A stretch of 29,783 bases of DNA, taken from Nitrososphaeraceae archaeon. Lineage in GTDB: Archaea > Thermoproteota > Nitrososphaeria > Nitrososphaerales > Nitrososphaeraceae. Position 1 is the first letter of the stretch; each line of letters starts with the position of its first letter. Of the stretch, positions 28,432-29,783 are shown in pieces. The position numbers and the translations under genes were made by a program. Below the pieces are notes generated by a model. It saw only the letters and a program-made list of their open reading frames with translations, was not told the DNA's origin and searched no databases. The stretch lies in NCBI GenBank assembly GCA_035250975.1, contig DATFEP010000091.1:1-29783 (forward strand). Direction: 5' to 3'.

Positions 28432-29136
28432 TCATTTAAAGAAAAGCTTATGCACATTTTCCTTTGTGATATGAAGCTTGTGGACATCGTCTTGTTTTAT
28501 TATGAAAACTTGGTCATGTCCTTCAAACAATTCTACAAGATCTTTTATATCTGAGCTTAGCAGAGTTGTAGTCTTGTAAGTACAATACATAAGTCCAGGA
28601 ATTCTACTATTATCATAAGCTTTTTCGATTGTCAAGGCTTGTTGTAATGAAGATTTTGCTATATCATTTATAAGAAAATCAAGGCAACAAATTTGTTTCT
28701 TATTGGAATGATTTGCTATATTTTCCATAACTTTAGTACAATATTTCATAATACTTTTATTATTTTGACTTGGTTTGTGCTTTTGTTGTTTGAGTGTTCC
28801 ATAGCCTTCATAACAATATGGCATTACTGTTCCATCATACCAATTTAATCTAGATAGAAGGCTAGTAGAACTAGTGGAAGGTGGACCACAAAAACATCTA
28901 AATAAATCACTCTCTTTTGCAAGTCTATCCATAGTCTTTAGTAACCCTAGTATGGAATCATCGTCGGAATAAATTACAAGATAATGTTTTTTTGGAATAT
29001 CTGATTGCTGATTGAGCCACTTGTCAACAGCATCCTTTACAATTGAATTTATAGATACACCCTTCTCTTTAGCTAATTCTGATAATTGTGAATGAATTTG
29101 ATCGTCAAATCCTCTGATTAGTAAATCACGAGTCAT
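28432..29136 (-). CDS. RHH-domain regulator fused to a MEDS-like/alpha-beta sensory domain
   Basis: MTRDLLIRGFDDQIHSQLSELAKEKGVSINSIVKDAVDKWL (RHH); then HYLVIYSDD ... LTIEKAYD...MYCTY. ATG 29136 preferred over TTG 29157. Confidence 0.75.
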   Translation of the reverse strand: MTRDLLIRGFDDQIHSQLSELAKEKGVSINSIVKDAVDKWLNQQSDIPKKHYLVIYSDDDSILGLLKTMDRLAKESDLFRCFCGPPSTSSTSLLSRLNWYDGTVMPYCYEGYGTLKQQKHKPSQNNKSIMKYCTKVMENIANHSNKKQICCLDFLINDIAKSSLQQALTIEKAYDNSRIPGLMYCTYKTTTLLSSDIKDLVELFEGHDQVFIIKQDDVHKLHITKENVHKLFFK

Positions 29137-29245
29137 GTTTATTTTTAATGTCTTCAAGTTATATATATTTTGTTAATTTGATATCACGATATCTACATAG
29201 AAACTCCTTATATAATGCTATGATGATAGCATTTTTAGGAATCAG

Positions 29246-29470
29246 ATGAATCAATAAAATAAAAATGAAGAAAATGAAAATATTGTAGAAGTCAATGTAA
29301 GCAAACTCTTTGAGACAGTTAGAGTAACTAAACAAAAACCTGAATTTGCAAAATTCAACTTCAAAGCACAGATTAAATTAGTAAATGGTGGACATAATAG
29401 AACAATTATCAAAGATTTTTATGGAGCGTATCAAACATTCAAAAGGAGCAATCATTTGTTTTTGAAATGA
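29246..29470 (+). pseudogene. Truncated OsmC-family protein
   Basis: ATG 29246, early TAA 29255, then VNVSKLFETV...KPEFAKFNFKA..KLVNGGHNRTIIKDFYGAYQT, resembling the N-terminus of long OsmC-like proteins; lost before the Cys-containing core. Confidence 0.7.
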
Positions 29471-29655
29471 AAAAGTAAAAGAATTAATAGGTTAAGGACG
29501 AGTTTGATGTTACCCCTATTAACATTCTCTTTAACAGAGATGCTGATCTATGTTACTGTCTGCAGGAGGCATCCAGCAGGGAAGCAGTAGAAAAACATCA
29601 TTCAAAATTCAATTTGAAATGTGATTGGATCACAGAAGTAACGATGGCTAAAAAA

Positions 29656-29745
29656 TAAAATAAAATAAAATAAAATAAAATAAAATAAAATAAAATAAAA
29701 TAAAATAAAATAAAATAAAATAAAATAAAATAAAATAAAATAAAA
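29656..29745 (+). repeat. Perfect pentanucleotide microsatellite (TAAAA)18
   Basis: 18 uninterrupted TAAAA units counted directly. Confidence 0.95.
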
Positions 29746-29783
29746 TATGTCTAGAGTAGTAGAATAATTAATGGTGAAAGAAT

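Noticed and set aside
1-29783. CRISPR array, tRNA or rRNA genes
   Set aside because: No regularly spaced repeat-spacer units, cloverleaf or rRNA-like GC-rich segments seen, including at the att sites.

Overview
AT-rich archaeal window, almost certainly from an ammonia-oxidising thaumarchaeote (Nitrososphaeraceae, Nitrosocosmicus-like). It opens with the 3' end of amoC, then an XPB/Rad25 helicase, a Hef/FANCM-type helicase with no visible ERCC4 nuclease domain, and a cupredoxin. The main structure missing from the ORF track is a ~5.1 kb integrated element (6097-11187) bounded by a 14-bp direct repeat (GTTCTAAAACGTAA). It carries a broken tyrosine integrase, four ribbon-helix-helix (RHH)-like repressor genes or remnants, a structured GC-rich leader with a Shine-Dalgarno site, a divergent promoter region with a 16-bp palindrome, a stop-interrupted SWIM zinc-finger gene, small Zn-finger ORFs and a Tyr/Asp-repeat secreted protein. 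Downstream is a possible sulfur/Moco neighbourhood: moaA, a Met-rich exported protein, a membrane-bound sulfite-oxidase-family enzyme with a degenerate twin-arginine motif, and a rhodanese-persulfide-dioxygenase-like fusion. The rest holds a flavin reductase, dienelactone hydrolase, a duplicated C2H2 mini-gene, glutamate dehydrogenase, a decayed IS481-like transposase, a Kelch protein, an RHH-fused regulator, an OsmC pseudogene and a (TAAAA)18 microsatellite. All family calls come from motif recognition by eye; no searches were run.
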